A stretch of DNA of 55,980 nt, the filler included, from Sphacelaria rigidula (taxonomy: Eukaryota): NCBI GenBank assembly GCA_964200075.2. It is 5 parts of 5 records of this genome, joined end to end, with 100 filler letters (N's around TTAATTAATTAA, not from the genome) between each part and the next. Parts side by side here need not be neighbours in the genome. Positions count along the whole stretch, not along the records: positions 1 to 11,117 come from CAXNAA020005365.1; positions 11,218 to 22,334 come from CAXNAA020005366.1; 3 more parts are not named here. One strand, written 5' to 3'. Both the position numbers and the translations under genes were made by a program. The notes beneath the pieces are model-generated. The model made no database searches and was not told the origin of the DNA. It was given only the letters and a program-made list of their open reading frames with translations. Shown one piece after another: positions 1-12,674 of the stretch; the first letter of the stretch is position 1, and each line of letters begins with the position of its first letter.

Positions 1-519
1 CAGGCTACTATGCGGGGAGGGGGGGGGGGGGGGGTGATGCTATCCCCTTCAGTTCCGAGCACCACTTCGGTTCCCACTCCCATACAAGAATATTTCCTAA
101 TTTTCAGACTCCCCTGTTCTCTGCCACGAATTCAGCATGACCAGATTTATAGAACGAAAAAGCTCGTAGCATCCCCTTGTGGTGTTGCCGACATTATTGA
201 TCAACTAAACACTTCTAGAAAATACGCAGTCATCAAAAGATTCCTTTGACACGTACATCACCACCGACAACCCTCACATGCTACAGTTTTGCGCATTTTC
301 AAGGAGGAGGCTACATTCACCCTGCTCTCCAAGGTAGTGTTTGCACGAGTCAGAAATGTTACCGTACCCACCACTGTGCTTTGTTCCCGTTCGGCTCATC
401 GAGTTCATTCAGAAATAGATTGCTTGTCCATCCGGCCCATCCGTTTTCGATCAGGCGCTGACACAACACTGTACTGTACATACTACTACTGTATCGCACG
501 ACTCTGTGCCGCCCGCCGT

Positions 520-906
520 GTACTGTGCGTGTCTGTGTCTTTCTGTGTGTGTTTTGTCATCCCATCTATTCTTGACGCCAGTTTACATCTTACGGTATAA
601 GTGGGCGCATCGGCCGGGGTCACACAGACAGGAGGAAGGTCAACACAGGAGGGTTTTTTCTTGTCCTGTCTTGTTTCAAAGCTCCACCTTCCTTCTCCGT
701 GATTGCCTTGCTGTTTTTTCGCGAGAAGGCTTCGGCAGTCCTTCTCGCGAGCGCCGACCGTGGAGTCGAACTTTATGCACCCACAACAAGGCTGCTCACC
801 ACGATTAGGCATGATGTAAACGAAGATACCAGATCGTGTGACTTCACCGAGATTCGAACTCTTGTCCCGACCGTCCGAAGGTTTCGAAGTTCCCAAATCA
901 GCCACC
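520..906 (-). mobile_element. tRNA-derived SINE family A, copy 1
   Basis: Minus strand begins with a tRNA-like head (TGGCTGATTTGG A-box-like, GAGTTCGAATC B-box). The body (gtcatcccatctatt...gtgggcgcatc.gccggggtcacaca) is shared with copies at 36.2, 40.3, 45.6 and 52.9 kb. It ends in a CA-rich tail. Confidence 0.8.
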
Positions 907-2989
907 AGTTTGTGACACTGTCGTTGGTCTCTTACTGTGTGAACGAACGAACGAGAGTAGCACCCTACTAATAATAAGGCAACGTCTAAAGGCAGGATTG
1001 CCAGTAGACATTCAAACGTCTTACACATTTGCGTGGTTCATGGCTAGCCGGCCATTTACATGGGGCACTGGTACCTCTTTGATGGCACTGTGCAGAGCTT
1101 GGGACTACATGCAGAGCGATCTGCTCAAGCTTCCCACCCCGGTGTCGGACTTGTGGTTCGCAGCATGCAGGAGGCGCCGCTTGCTTTGGCCACTACAACA
1201 ATCGATAGCCGATGAAAGAGCCTTGTCAGTTGTTTGTAAAGCTGTTTCGCTGCTCGGTTCGCTTGCTTGGTTTCTCTTCCCCCTTTTCTTTACAGTAGTA
1301 CACGGTATATCCTTTTCCCCCCTCGATCACCGTACCTGCTGAAAAGAGTGCAGAACAAGCCAAGTGTAAGTCAGGATTCCCTTCCTGTGCGCCCAAAGTC
1401 CGGAGTACAGATGTAGTGTTTCGGTCGCCCGCGGCCGATGGAGGCTTACCAAACCCAGGAAATCGACTCTGTCGTGCTGTGTAGGCCGCCAGGGGCACAC
1501 TGCGCAGCTCTGACTATTTCTGGAGCCCGCAGAAAGGGGTGAGCCGTGTGAAAGCCCAAGGATCGCTACAGGACTGAGCTCCTTCTTGTTTCTCGGTCTC
1601 TTCGAGGGCCGGGATCTATTGTCTTGGTCTTGTGGAGGTCTTCGTCGGTATACTCGTCGGCGACGACGCGCGTACGTCTGCTGCAGTCTACTACAGTCGA
1701 ACAGCGCGGAATTGAAGCGGCTGCTTTAGACCAGGTGTGGCAGTAGCGCGAACGCTGTCGGGCCTGATTTGCCAGGTGAAGAAGTTCGGCGACAACAACG
1801 ATGCCGAGCTCAGGACATTAGCCACGGGCGCTCAAGAACGTCCGCCCGCCTGGTTGAGCGACGGTTCCAGACTCTTCCACGTCGCGGGCCAATCAGACTT
1901 CGGATACATGATATTGGAATAAATGCGGCGTATCTTCGAAACAGGGCATCTCCCGTTGCAGAGGTCGGCAACATATATCACGATGATGTAGAACCTATTC
2001 ATCGAACGCTTGTAGTGACCTCCTTGGTAAATGCATGATCAGCATGTAGAGTCCTACCCTTCAGCTGCATGTAGCAACCACCACCGCATCTTGAAAGAGA
2101 GATATATTGTGCGTTGAACCCTACGGTGTGTCTCGAGCTGTAGTACTGTACAATGGACTGTATCTTTCGACAGAGAGTTACCGTAGCAGTGGGTACGGTC
2201 TGATGCGATTTCTGTTGAAGATTTGCGGCCTCGTACCGCATTTCCCTACATCGTACCTATGCTGGATTTCGACATAATCATGCCATAGGGCATGTAAGTC
2301 AAAGATACAGATAAGTCTGGTGTATCCGTGTTTGAATATCGACTCTAAAGCAAATTACGGCACCGCGCATCTTTTGGGTTGTGCTATTATTGAGAGATTA
2401 TTCACTGAGGCCCGTGAGGCCATGCGTTATACTGGATATTATAGTGGGGTGGACGACGGGCCACTAGAATTTGATACAGTGCGATACTGTAGCCAAGTAA
2501 CCAGTTCCCGTGGCTTGAAGCAGATCTTGTCGATAAGCTGGCAAACTAACGCGCCAGCAATATCGTGAATCATCAGATGACACCAAAGGGTTTGGCGGAG
2601 GTGTCATTAGTGACGCAGCATCTATTCTCTTGTTTGAAGTGAAATCGTCGCGTGGGTCCCGATGGTATCACCGCCCTAAGGCGTTCACTCTCCCAACTCT
2701 CCCTCAGTTCCCTGGTTCGAGCCGAGACCGTGTTTGAAGTGTTTCGGCCCAGTATGCGGCCGTCAGCACCACCATCTGACTTTCGCATTTAGCTTCAAGA
2801 CGCAAGCGAGCTCCGCGGCCACTACAGGCTGGTTTACGGGAGGAAAAAAGAAAAACTGTCATCAGCAAATGTCTTCTGCAATACGCACTTAATAGTCGCA
2901 TACAAGGTATCATCCTGACCGCAATGAACAGACGAAGAGGGTGACATAGCGGCTATAACGTTGGCGCTGTGGACAAAAATGTGTCCCGA

Positions 2990-4710
2990 CCAATCAGCGC
3001 CTTTCAAACTGTTACGAGATTGAAAATACGAATTCCAATCCCAATTTCCACCGAATCTCCACGCGCTTCAAATCGTGGTGACATCACCTACAGAATTACC
3101 GGGAGAAAAGGATTTGAACACGTTTCCAACGGGGTCGAATTATTGTATACCCGAAAAAACCGTAATGTTTCGGTGACGTGGAGTTTGGCGTCGTCTAATT
3201 TGCACTCGCGATACGCAGGAAAGACCCAGGGAGCCTCGTGACGATTTCCCTTATTTCTGTTGTAGAAAATCTCAGATAATCCTCAAACTTGGCATTTCCG
3301 TAGATATTGATGCTCCTAATGGAAAAATTGGTTTCATGGCAAGGGTTCAGAGTTTCTCCGTTCTCTACCGGCTTCCGGGGGTCCCAGTACAAAGACCCCC
3401 GGAGGCCGGTACAGAATGACTCAAGAGAAAAAATATGAACATGATGCGTTCCAGGATTGTTCCACGGAACACACGTACAATTTTCGGTGGAGAAACTCGA
3501 AAATCTCATACAATTTTTCCTGCCTCGACGTATCATTCACCCGAAAAGATCTTTTTATTACTAGAACCAAGTAGTGAGGAGTTTGCACGTTTTAAGCTCA
3601 CATCCCCGCACAAACGCGCAAGTCTTCACGCATTTATCAGGAGTGAGACCACCTCTTATGGGAGCGTTTGAAAAATTATTTTGCAACAGTTTTAGAGCAG
3701 CATTTTTTTTCTTTGTCATCATGGTGAACGGGCGCAAAATACACAACTACGGCAACAAAAAAAAAGAGTCGTTTGAAATTATTGCAAAGTAGAATTCTCA
3801 ACGCTCCCGTAAGAGTTGGCCTTCGACCATGAAACTTTGCACAAATGTGCTATGAATCATGACGCAAGTTTCTATCGACGAGGTTTTTCTAATTCTTGAC
3901 TTTTTTACCGTTTTTCGGGGGCCCAACGGGATCCAAGTCGTTTTTTCGAAGTCATCCATTCTGGGACCCCGGAAAACCGGCACTACAGTCCTTTTTTCGT
4001 TTTTTTCGCGAATGCTCTGCCGCCCCAAAATCCAAGAAAGGAATCCACAAAGTTTCGTGTCCAACCTCGTTCAACTGGTGCTTGAATTTTCATGTCCACG
4101 TCGAAAAAAGCCCAAAAACGCAATTTTGATACTAGCATCTACTGGTTTGCCGTTTCACCGTGGCACGGTAAGGTTCATCGCACAAATGCGAAAAACTTCA
4201 CGCCGTTTTAAGGAGTTAGACCCTGAAAGTTCGCACAGGTGTGCTACGGGCCATTACGCAACCTTGCACGGACCACGTTTCATTTTTCGTTTTTACCGTT
4301 TTACGGGGGTCCGACTGGATCAAAGTTTTCCCGGAAAAAATGGGACCACGGAAAAACGGTGGAAGAAGTACAAAGAAGTAAGAATAAAAAACATCCATAC
4401 AAAGTTGCGTAATGAGCCATAGAACACCTGTGCAAAATTTCGGGGTCTCTCTCCTTAAAATGGCGTGGAGTTTTGCCGATAAGTGTTTTTTTTTTTTCCG
4501 TGAACCAGCCTGTATACAAATCAGACAATTTTATCAAATAAATGAGGTTGTACACTAAGATGAGGTTCAAGCCCGAAACAATGCTTTCGCCACACTTACA
4601 GCGATGGTCCCCGGTTACGTTTTTGTCGGTCTAATGCCCCCAGAGCGCGTAGCGCGTAGATACCTTTTCAGCGCATTTTACCGACTCTGTGAGCCTACAG
4701 CGCTGACCGA
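2990..4710. repeat. AT-rich repeat-structured region, probable non-autonomous DNA transposon (boundaries approximate)
   Basis: Imperfect inverted repeat 4196-4266/4400-4470; inverted motif near 3367-3389/3961-3981; direct repeat near 3901-3940/4290-4330. No credible protein. Termini and TSD not identified. Confidence 0.4.
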
Positions 4711-5506
4711 AATCGTACTTTCCCCTGATTTTCGAGAGCAGGGGGGGCGGGGGTATTCGCTGTCCGCCTTAGTCGTTTGACCATTGACCACGCAACCGGT
4801 GCACCGTTCCTACTCCTAATAGAGACGAGTCATCCTACGATGTGTGTGTGTGTGTGTGTGTGTGTAGGGGGGGGGGCTTCGTTGGAAGTATTTTGTGGCT
4901 CGTGACGTTTGGTACTCTTCTCGAAACAGACCGACTACTGTCCCGAAGACAGCAGTGTAGCAGAGGTTGCACAGTGGTAATCAAACCACTCGCTTCTGCA
5001 GCAGACAGAAAGTCCGAAGACAAGAGTGGTGTTTGGGGCTCTTCACTTCGGCCAAACACAATCAAGCAGTCTCTTTTGCAAGCAGAGTGCTGAGGAAAAT
5101 GAAGAAGGGCTGAGTGAGCTTGGTAAGCTTGGGAGCGTGATTGCAAGGCCGATAGGAACCACCGATTACAAACATTCTCAATCCTGAAAGAAGAATCGAA
5201 CACTCTACACGTACGTGGCGTCTAATCTTATCATTCAATTCAACCCCGCTACTGGTGACGCGGTAGCCTTGTCAGATCTTTAGCTTGGATCAACTGCAAA
5301 CTTGCACACAAGATATGTTTCAGCTTACGTGGCCTGAATACTCTGCTGGAGTTTTTCGTATTGACAAATCATGGCAACACGCCTACTCCAGCGATATCCT
5401 ACTTGAAGCGTCATTCAAACAGGTGAGCTAAAAATCAACACGAAAGAGGTACTCTTCGTGAAAAGGATACTAATGAAACGGTCTCACATGCTTCGTTGTT
5501 TCGTTG

Positions 5507-5956
5507 TGTTGGAATATCCGATGTCAGTCATTGGTAACGACTTCTATCTATCGTAGGTTATCGTAAACATGTAAGAAATCATTTGAGTGTTCCAGAAATA
5601 CTCTGCGGTATATTCTGCGGTACATTGTATTTCCAGAACAAGTTGTCGGGGTATTAATCGGGAGTCATCGGTTGTAATATCCCGCGAGTGTTCTAGACGT
5701 GTGGAAGTTCTGGAAGTTCATCAGCTGATCGGTAGGCTCGCACACTTGGTGCCCGCCCATCTGATCACTCCTCTACTACTTCTCTTCTCATGATCTTCTC
5801 CTCCATGAGTTAGAGTCTAAGGCCACATAAGCGCCAAGTTCAACATCTCAATTCTCAAGTCAAGTGACTTAACCGTCACCCTCTGCACCTCTGCATAAAC
5901 TGCAGAAGACAGTTGCCACATCGGCACACCATCAAGAATGAAGCCATATTCCTTCA
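5507..5956 (+). repeat. 5' LTR
   Basis: TGTTGGAATA...TATTCCTTCA; direct repeat of 9318-9767 with about 15 substitutions (manual count). Confidence 0.96.
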
Positions 5957-6638
5957 GGTTATGAGCCTCGAGCTTCATCAATAAGCAGAGCAAGGAGTCA
6001 CAGCGTCGTCAGCGATCAACACGTTCTCAAGAGGATCGGCACCGCTCTTCCAAGCAGAAGACGGACATCGCACCAACGGGAACTTCAAGTCCTTTCCCGT
6101 CAATCAAATTCAAGTTCTGTGGAGGTCCATCAAGATCAGGCGCGTTGGCAGCATCCACGTCGCCAAGACATCACTACAGCAGTTCAACGGAGTCAGCTCA
6201 AGACTACCTCTCCATGCTCATCTCGTTAGTGAGCATCTTCGGTTATCAACAAGATCGACAATCGACCGCATCCCATCGGCAAGTTCCGAGCTATTTTCGT
6301 TGCGTGAGAATGTTTTCGAGAAAAGAGAGATACGTCGTCATCAGCAACGACACTCAGTCACGTCGTCTTCAGCTACGACATCATCAGTAGTTCGGCAGGT
6401 TCTTCGAGCAACACTAGCCAAGAGGCAAGGACTTCGGATCCATCAAGCCTATCAACTGGCATTCGCAGCCAACACCCGTAGGTTACTCACATCCGGGTGC
6501 ATATTTATCTTCTGTTGAGGGACTGTCAGTTTCTCTTGGAACTTTTCAACATCATCGTACGACTGCTGTACGTGTACACGTCATCTACACGGACGGCAAC
6601 AGCAACAGCAACAACAACAGCAACAGGATCACCGCAGC

Positions 6639-8890
6639 ATGAGGGAGCCATTGACAACTAATGCTGCTGCGGCGGACGCAGTGGACAAGCTCGTCAAGGC
6701 TGTTGGCGGAAAGTTCAACGGGACGGACTTCGATGTCTGGTCCCGCACAGCACAGTCCGTGATCAGCATGCGACATTCGGGCATTGCACAAGCGGCGAGA
6801 CTTGTACTTCTTTGATATGGGAGATGGATGACAACGTCCAGAACATCGAGGACATCAGGGAGTGGCACATGGCCAACAAGATCCTGTTCCACTTCCTGTT
6901 CTTGAATACGGCAGGACCGGCAGCAAGCTTTCTCCTAAAGTTCAAGCCTAGACCAGGCATTTTGCCAAACGGCATCGCCGCTTGGAATGGTCTGGTGGGA
7001 AAAGACAGGAACCCTTTACGCCAGCGGCGTCAAATTATGGCAAAAAGGCTGCTAACATGAGAATGCAGCAAGGTCAAGACCCGGACGTCTTCTGCAACGA
7101 GCTATTTTCGTTGCGAGATAAACTGGCGGAGAGGGGTCGAGTGATTACGGACGACGAGATACTGGACATCATCCTAGATGGGCTGACGGATGAATACGAC
7201 CAGATGAAACTGCTTGCGGAATTGCAAGACATTTTCAATCTTGAAGACGCCATGTTCACCATGAGGAACATGTTCGCAAACCGTGTCGCAGAAAACGGGC
7301 TTTCGCGTGCAGCGAAGGGTCGCACCTCGGCGATGATCGCCACAACGGCAAAATACTGCAACTACTGTAAAAAGCCTGGTCATGACATCAATAACCGCTT
7401 TAAGCGAAACAACAGGAAGAGCACAAGAAACAACGGAGGGGAAAGAAGTAACTGGTGGGGCTCCTTGCACAAAACCAGTCATCACGACAGTTCGACATGC
7501 AAGGCGCAACGGCACTGGGGCAATGATCCTGACGATCAGCGGTAGCAAGGGCAGCGCGGCCGAGGACCACGTCACAACAGCGGACCACGGCAGCAAGGAC
7601 AATCCCGCTTCAGCGACAGCGGACAAAGGCGCTTCAGCAACAGCGGACAAGGCCGCTTCAGCAACGACAGTGGACAAGGAGGCGTGAACAACAACAGAGG
7701 ACAAGGTGGTAACAACAGCAACACATACGCGGCAGCACACTCAGCAACAGCGACACCGGGGTCTACTACTGTGGCGGGACACTACAACACAGCCGGATCA
7801 TCTACTCCAACTTCCGCGACTGCCACCACTCAACAGGCTTCAGATCCATCGCCTTCGGACCCTTCACCTCCTGCCTGAATGGGTTACTCTTTCGTCGCCA
7901 CCAGCAGCCTGAACACCGCCGCTGCTCCTTCGCATTTCACCATGACTGTCGACACCGGCGCCAGTAACCACTTCCTCGACCCTGATTTGCTTCCGAATCT
8001 TCAGCACCGGATGATCGAGTATCAGAAGTACGATCCGCCGATCGTCATCAACGTCGCCGGCAAGGGAAAACTCCACGGCACCGGCAGAGGAAAAATGAAG
8101 GTCGTCACACGGGACCAAACCGGGGCCGACCACAAGGTCCTGCTGCCCTTCACCATCGCACCAGGGCTGGGTCGTCACCTGTTCTCGGGAGGAACAGCAG
8201 TGCAAAGAGGGATGTTATTGGTTTTTGACGATTTCTCTTTCATTAGAATGGGAAACTTCAAGCTGCCTCTTCGACAGGGAAGCTCCTGCACCACCATGTA
8301 CTACTTGGATCTGGCTATCCCACCGGACAGCATCTGCACTCAACACGGTTTTATAACCGTCTCCGGCGCAAATCTGCCGCCTGAAAGAGCGAATACAGCA
8401 TCCAGTGCCTCTTTGATCCAGGACACGGAAAAGGAAACAGCATGTGTCACCTCAACGGCTACATCGATGGCCAACATGTGGCATCAGCGACTCGGACATC
8501 CCAATGCCCAAGTGCTACTACAAGTCGGGCGGATAAAAGAGAGCGGGGTCGCGTTTTCCGACTCCTTTTCAGCGTGCGGGACGTGTAAGATAAAGAAAAG
8601 CACACAGCGGAATCATCCCAAGACCAGGAGCACAGGCGCCACGCAACGACTTCAACTCGTCAGCACGGACCTTTTAGGGCCCGTCACTCCAACTGCGATC
8701 GGTGGCTACCAGTACATGGCCAAGTTTACCGATCATTACTCCAGGCTCAAGGCCGTCTACTTCCTCGAAAGGAAAGGTACGCCCTTTCTTCTTTTGTACG
8801 GTTCGTTCAAGACCTCGCCACTCCACTCGATCTACGGGTACAACGTCTACATTCGGACAACGGCGGGGAATATGTCAGCACTGCGTTCCG
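6639..8890 (+). pseudogene. copia gag-pol remnant (gag, Zn knuckle, aspartic protease, GAG-pre-integrase, partial integrase core)
   Basis: Gag motifs (QGQDPDVF, ILDGLTDEYD); degenerate knuckle CNYCKKPGH; protease VDTGAS; WHQRLGH...CGTC; integrase STDLLGP...FTDHYSR and, after a frameshift, HSDNGGEY. In-frame stops at 7543-7545 and 7876-7878, frameshifts near 6800, 7030 and 8775, and an abrupt deletion near 8890. Confidence 0.93.
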
Positions 8891-9317
8891 CGAAACATCT
8901 TCTTCTGCCAGAAGCAGAGCAGCAGACAGCAGTATATCACTGCAACTCGTTTTTCTCGTGTTTCTTGCGCATATTCGTATAGCGCCCACGGGAAAATCTT
9001 CAAGTATGATCGTAAAAGCAGTAGCTTATAGCATATGCTCCGGAGTAGCAACCTCAGAAGATTTGTGCATAAATTCTGCATTTCCTGAGTAGCTTGAATA
9101 TCTAGGCTGGATTTGTTGACTTCTTGTAGACAGCATTCTTGCGTTCTTTTCATTTGCTGCACCTACTGTACATGCTACGGGAGAGAGCGTGAGAGATCTT
9201 TGTTCGATCTCTGTTGGTCGCAAGTGGGAGTAAAATCTTTTGCGTAAGTGCTTTTTGCATCAAGATATTCCTCCTTTGCATTACTTTCCTTTGAGATGAC
9301 TTTTCATTAAGGGGAAG

Positions 9318-9767
9318 TGTTGGAATATTCGTTGTCAGTCATTGGTAACGACTACTATCTATCGTAGGTTATCGTAAACATGTAAGAAATCATTTGAGTG
9401 TTCCAGAAATACTCTGCGGTATATTCTGCGGTACATTATATTTCCAGAACAAGTTGTCGGGGTATTAATCGGGAGTCATCGGTTGTAATATCCCGCGAGT
9501 GTTCTAGACGTGTGGAAGTTCTGGAAGTTCATCAGCTGATCGGTAGGCTCGCACACTTGGGGCTCGCCCACCTGATCACTCCTCTGCCATTTCTCTTCTC
9601 ACGCTCTTCTCTTCCATGAGTTAGAGTCTTAGGCCACATAAGCGCCAAGTTCAACATCTCAATTCTCAAGTCAAGTGACTTAACCGTCACCCTCTGCACC
9701 TCTGCATAAACTGCAGAAGACAGTTGCCACATCGGCACACCATCAAGAATGAAGTCATATTCCTTCA
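9318..9767 (+). repeat. 3' LTR
   Basis: Direct repeat of 5507-5956, preceded by the PPT and followed by the TSD. Confidence 0.96.
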
Positions 9768-10085
9768 CGTTGAACCGTAATGGATTATACCGGTATGTTT
9801 TGTTGCAATGCCTTCATTCAGACACAATAAATATGAACTGCATCGTCTAGATTTTTGCAACAGTATTTTGGGCCACTTCTTGCACGAAATTCCACGTCAA
9901 ATCGTCGTTGAAAGCAGCAACGAATGTTCGAACGAGATTGTTATTCAAGATATCGCTTACTCGTACTACTTGGTGCCGTTTTCAACCACATGCAGGCGCA
10001 CGGGGAGTGTGGCTGGTCGTCCGACACACCTAGGAGCCTCTTTTTTCGTGCAATCAACCCCCACCCCCCTACGTTCTTTTAATTG

Positions 10086-11117
10086 AACCGATCATAACAC
10101 AGCCATGACATGGACGTGAAATAGAGAAGCTAACCCTGCTTTTATTTCACCGATCATATTACAGCCCGGACATAGACGTGAAATAGAGAAGCTAACCCTC
10201 CGTTTTATTTAACCGACCATAACACAGCCTCCCCTCACCTCTAGACTCTTGGGTTGGCGTCGAATGTGCACGGCGCTGTCAAACAAGCCACCAAAACCTA
10301 GACAAATGTACAGACTGTTACCGTACATATACCGGGGACCGCCACTAGACAAAGAAAATCCCGGACCGACGGACACAACATCAAAGAAAGTAAACAACTC
10401 CATGATTTCTCAGCAGGAACACACAATATGGATGTAGACATGATATACCGAAGATGGGCTCTTTTCCCTGTTTTTACTACTTCCTTTTCCGTAGCCGTTC
10501 CCTTTTTCCTTCCCTAGTAGTGTTTTCCTTCTTTCCTTTCTCTACACTTCTCCCTTTCCCGTATTTTCTTTTCCATTGTTTTATCTTTTCCACCTCCCAT
10601 AACACAGCCCGGATACAGACATGAAATAGAGAAGCTAACCCCCCCCCTTTTTCTTTCACCTATCAGAACACAGCCCGGATACAGACATGAAATAGATAAG
10701 CTGGCCCTGCTTTTTGTTCAACTAACCACAACACAGCCCGGATATAGACATGAAATAGAGAAGCTAACCCTGCCTTTTTTTTCACCTACCAAAACACAGC
10801 CATGACATGGACGTGGAATCGCGAGATAAAACAGATCTACAGTTCCATATCAAGTCGGAAAACAACCGAGATCCTCCCCCCCAATTTCAATTTTAACGTA
10901 ACACAATTATTTATCCAAAACCTAGACATGCAAACAACGGCGTGGAGGTTGACCACCTTACATGCAAATCGAAAGTATAGAAAATATAACCTTCTCCCTT
11001 TCCCGTTTTTTCTTTTCCATTGTTTTATTTTTTCCACCTCCCATAACACAGCCCGGATACAGACATGAAATAGAGAAGCTAACCCCCCCCCTTTTTCTTT
11101 CACCTATCAGAACACAG
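10086..11117. repeat. minisatellite array of about 56-62-bp units (ACACAGCCCGGATACAGACATGAAATAGAGAAGCTAACCC...) with higher-order duplication
   Basis: The unit recurs near 10095, 10160, 10600, 10665, 10730, 10795 and 11045. Segment 10545-10673 is nearly duplicated at 10990-11117 and runs into the contig end. Confidence 0.88.
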
Positions 11118-11217
11118 NNNNNNNNNNNNNNNNNNNNNNNNNNNNNNNNNNNNNNNNNNNNTTAATTAATTAANNNNNNNNNNNNNNNNNNNNNNNNNNN
11201 NNNNNNNNNNNNNNNNN
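11118..11217. other. artificial contig linker (N44-TTAATTAATTAA-N44)
   Basis: Six-frame-stop spacer inside Ns, identical to the three other linkers. Confidence 0.98.
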
Positions 11218-11389
11218 TATTATCCTCACTCCTAATTCCTGTCCTTCCTCGGGACGCGCCCGAGGTATCCAGAGATCAATCCATCTCTCCCCCGGTACAC
11301 GCCTCCTTAAATTTTGGTATCGCGGATGAATTACATCAACACTCCCGCACCGAGTCGAATGTCATCTAGCAAAACTCAGGCAAATATAT

Positions 11390-11542
11390 TGTTTTTGCTA
11401 CTCATGTCCTCACGCTTCCAACGACGAAAATCAGAAAATTCCAGTAAAAATCCAAACTCGGGGCATCTGGCGGGAATCAATCCGGCATTTTCCCCGCCCG
11501 GGTGGTGTCGGTCGTACCGTTAGACCACCGAGACGCAGCGGT
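11390..11542 (-). mobile_element. tRNA-derived SINE family B, diverged copy
   Basis: Minus strand reads GCGTCTCGGTGGTCTAACGGT...GGATTGATTCCC (A- and B-box-like). The following CTGATTTT...CGTG...AGCAAAAA segment is shared with the 54.4-54.5 kb copy. Confidence 0.55.
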
Positions 11543-12385
11543 TGCTATTGTGCCTGTAAAAGTGAAACGAGTCTCCCTGTAACAAGGTGACTCAGCATCG
11601 ACGGGTTGTGAGAGTCTCCCATCAGCATTCGCCTCCTTAAGGTCTGGGGCCTCCAGGTAGAGTTTAAGGTGTTTTATGTGATTAAGTGATGAGTTGCTTC
11701 ATGGCGGAAATATCGTAAAAACCATTATTTACACTGATTGTTGTGTGGAGAATACATGTATGTATATGTGTATACATATGTGTCGCGATGCCCTCGCACG
11801 AGAGGAATCCGCTGAACTCCAGGAAAATGCATGTATATAGAGGTACGGATTGGCGGACTCCAATGTCCTAGTCATTTCACGTCATCCCTCAGATTTCTTG
11901 GTTTTAGGGTTCGATGCCGCCGTAGAACTGCGTGTAGGCATATGTTATCGCGGACTCCAGGCGTCAGAGGATTCGAATGGCTGGATCAGGTTTTCTTGAC
12001 GTACTGCGCGCGGTGGACGTCTCAGTTTCGTCAGCATACGCTCACTGGAGACAAACTCTTGTTCGACATCAAATACTCGGTCGATTCGAGCTCTTTGCCT
12101 AGTGTGGCACGCGTTCCCTCCAGAAGATTGAGCGTTACAGCTGGGGTTTGCGTTAGTTGTCCTCACGTAGGAAGCACCACACACGAACCGAAGTAACCGC
12201 GGCAATGGTTCTCGGGTAGGGGAAGGCGTCGAATTGTTTACGTTCAGAATAGCGACCATGCGTCACCCAGCGATAAATTCCCAACGCATCCCGATTCCTT
12301 GCAAGAAGCAATATTTTGCGCCCACACTGCTGTCTGACTCGGGTGTCCTCTACACGGTCTTCCGTTTCATTCAACCGGAAAAAAG

Positions 12386-12638
12386 GTTCGAGGAGAGGAA
12401 TCGGATCGTAAATACACGGTGCTCATCGGCAGCCTACAGCGTTGTTCTTGCGGGGTCTCGCTCTGCGCACATCATCTGTTCGTCATGATCAAGGTGCCCA
12501 CGAGAGGTAGTACTTTTATTACAATAGTGGATTTTATTTCTATTCACCCGGAAAATAGCGCAGTGCGACGCCATTGATGTCGACTACCTTCCTTTTAACA
12601 ACAAGAAATAACCGAAAGTGAAAATACTGTCACCCGTC

Positions 12639-12674
<36 letters not shown>

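Larger units (their letters stand above)
5507..9767 (+). mobile_element. Ty1/copia LTR retrotransposon, internally deleted (no RT/RNase H), non-autonomous
   Basis: Two 450-bp TG...CA LTRs; perfect 5-bp TSD CGTTG (5502-5506, 9768-9772); PBS GGTTATGAGCC directly after the 5' LTR; PPT AAGGGGAAG at 9309-9317; gag-protease-integrase order is copia-type. Confidence 0.96.

Noticed and set aside
100-5422. Scattered exon-like segments (for example 287-333, 1095-1235, 5276-5422)
   Set aside because: Splice-like borders are present, but I could not build a consistent gene or recognise any domain.
7543-7551. Programmed stop-codon readthrough between gag and pol (TAG CAA)
   Set aside because: The context is not the full CARYYA, the neighbouring repeat reads CGG CAG CAA (so TAG is likely a C-to-T mutation), and the element has other disabling lesions.
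10086-11117. CRISPR-like array
   Set aside because: Units are contiguous diverged tandem repeats without unique spacers; no cas genes; eukaryotic context.
11162-11173. Recurrent TTAATTAATTAA motif as a biological site
   Set aside because: Always centred in N runs; an assembly spacer.
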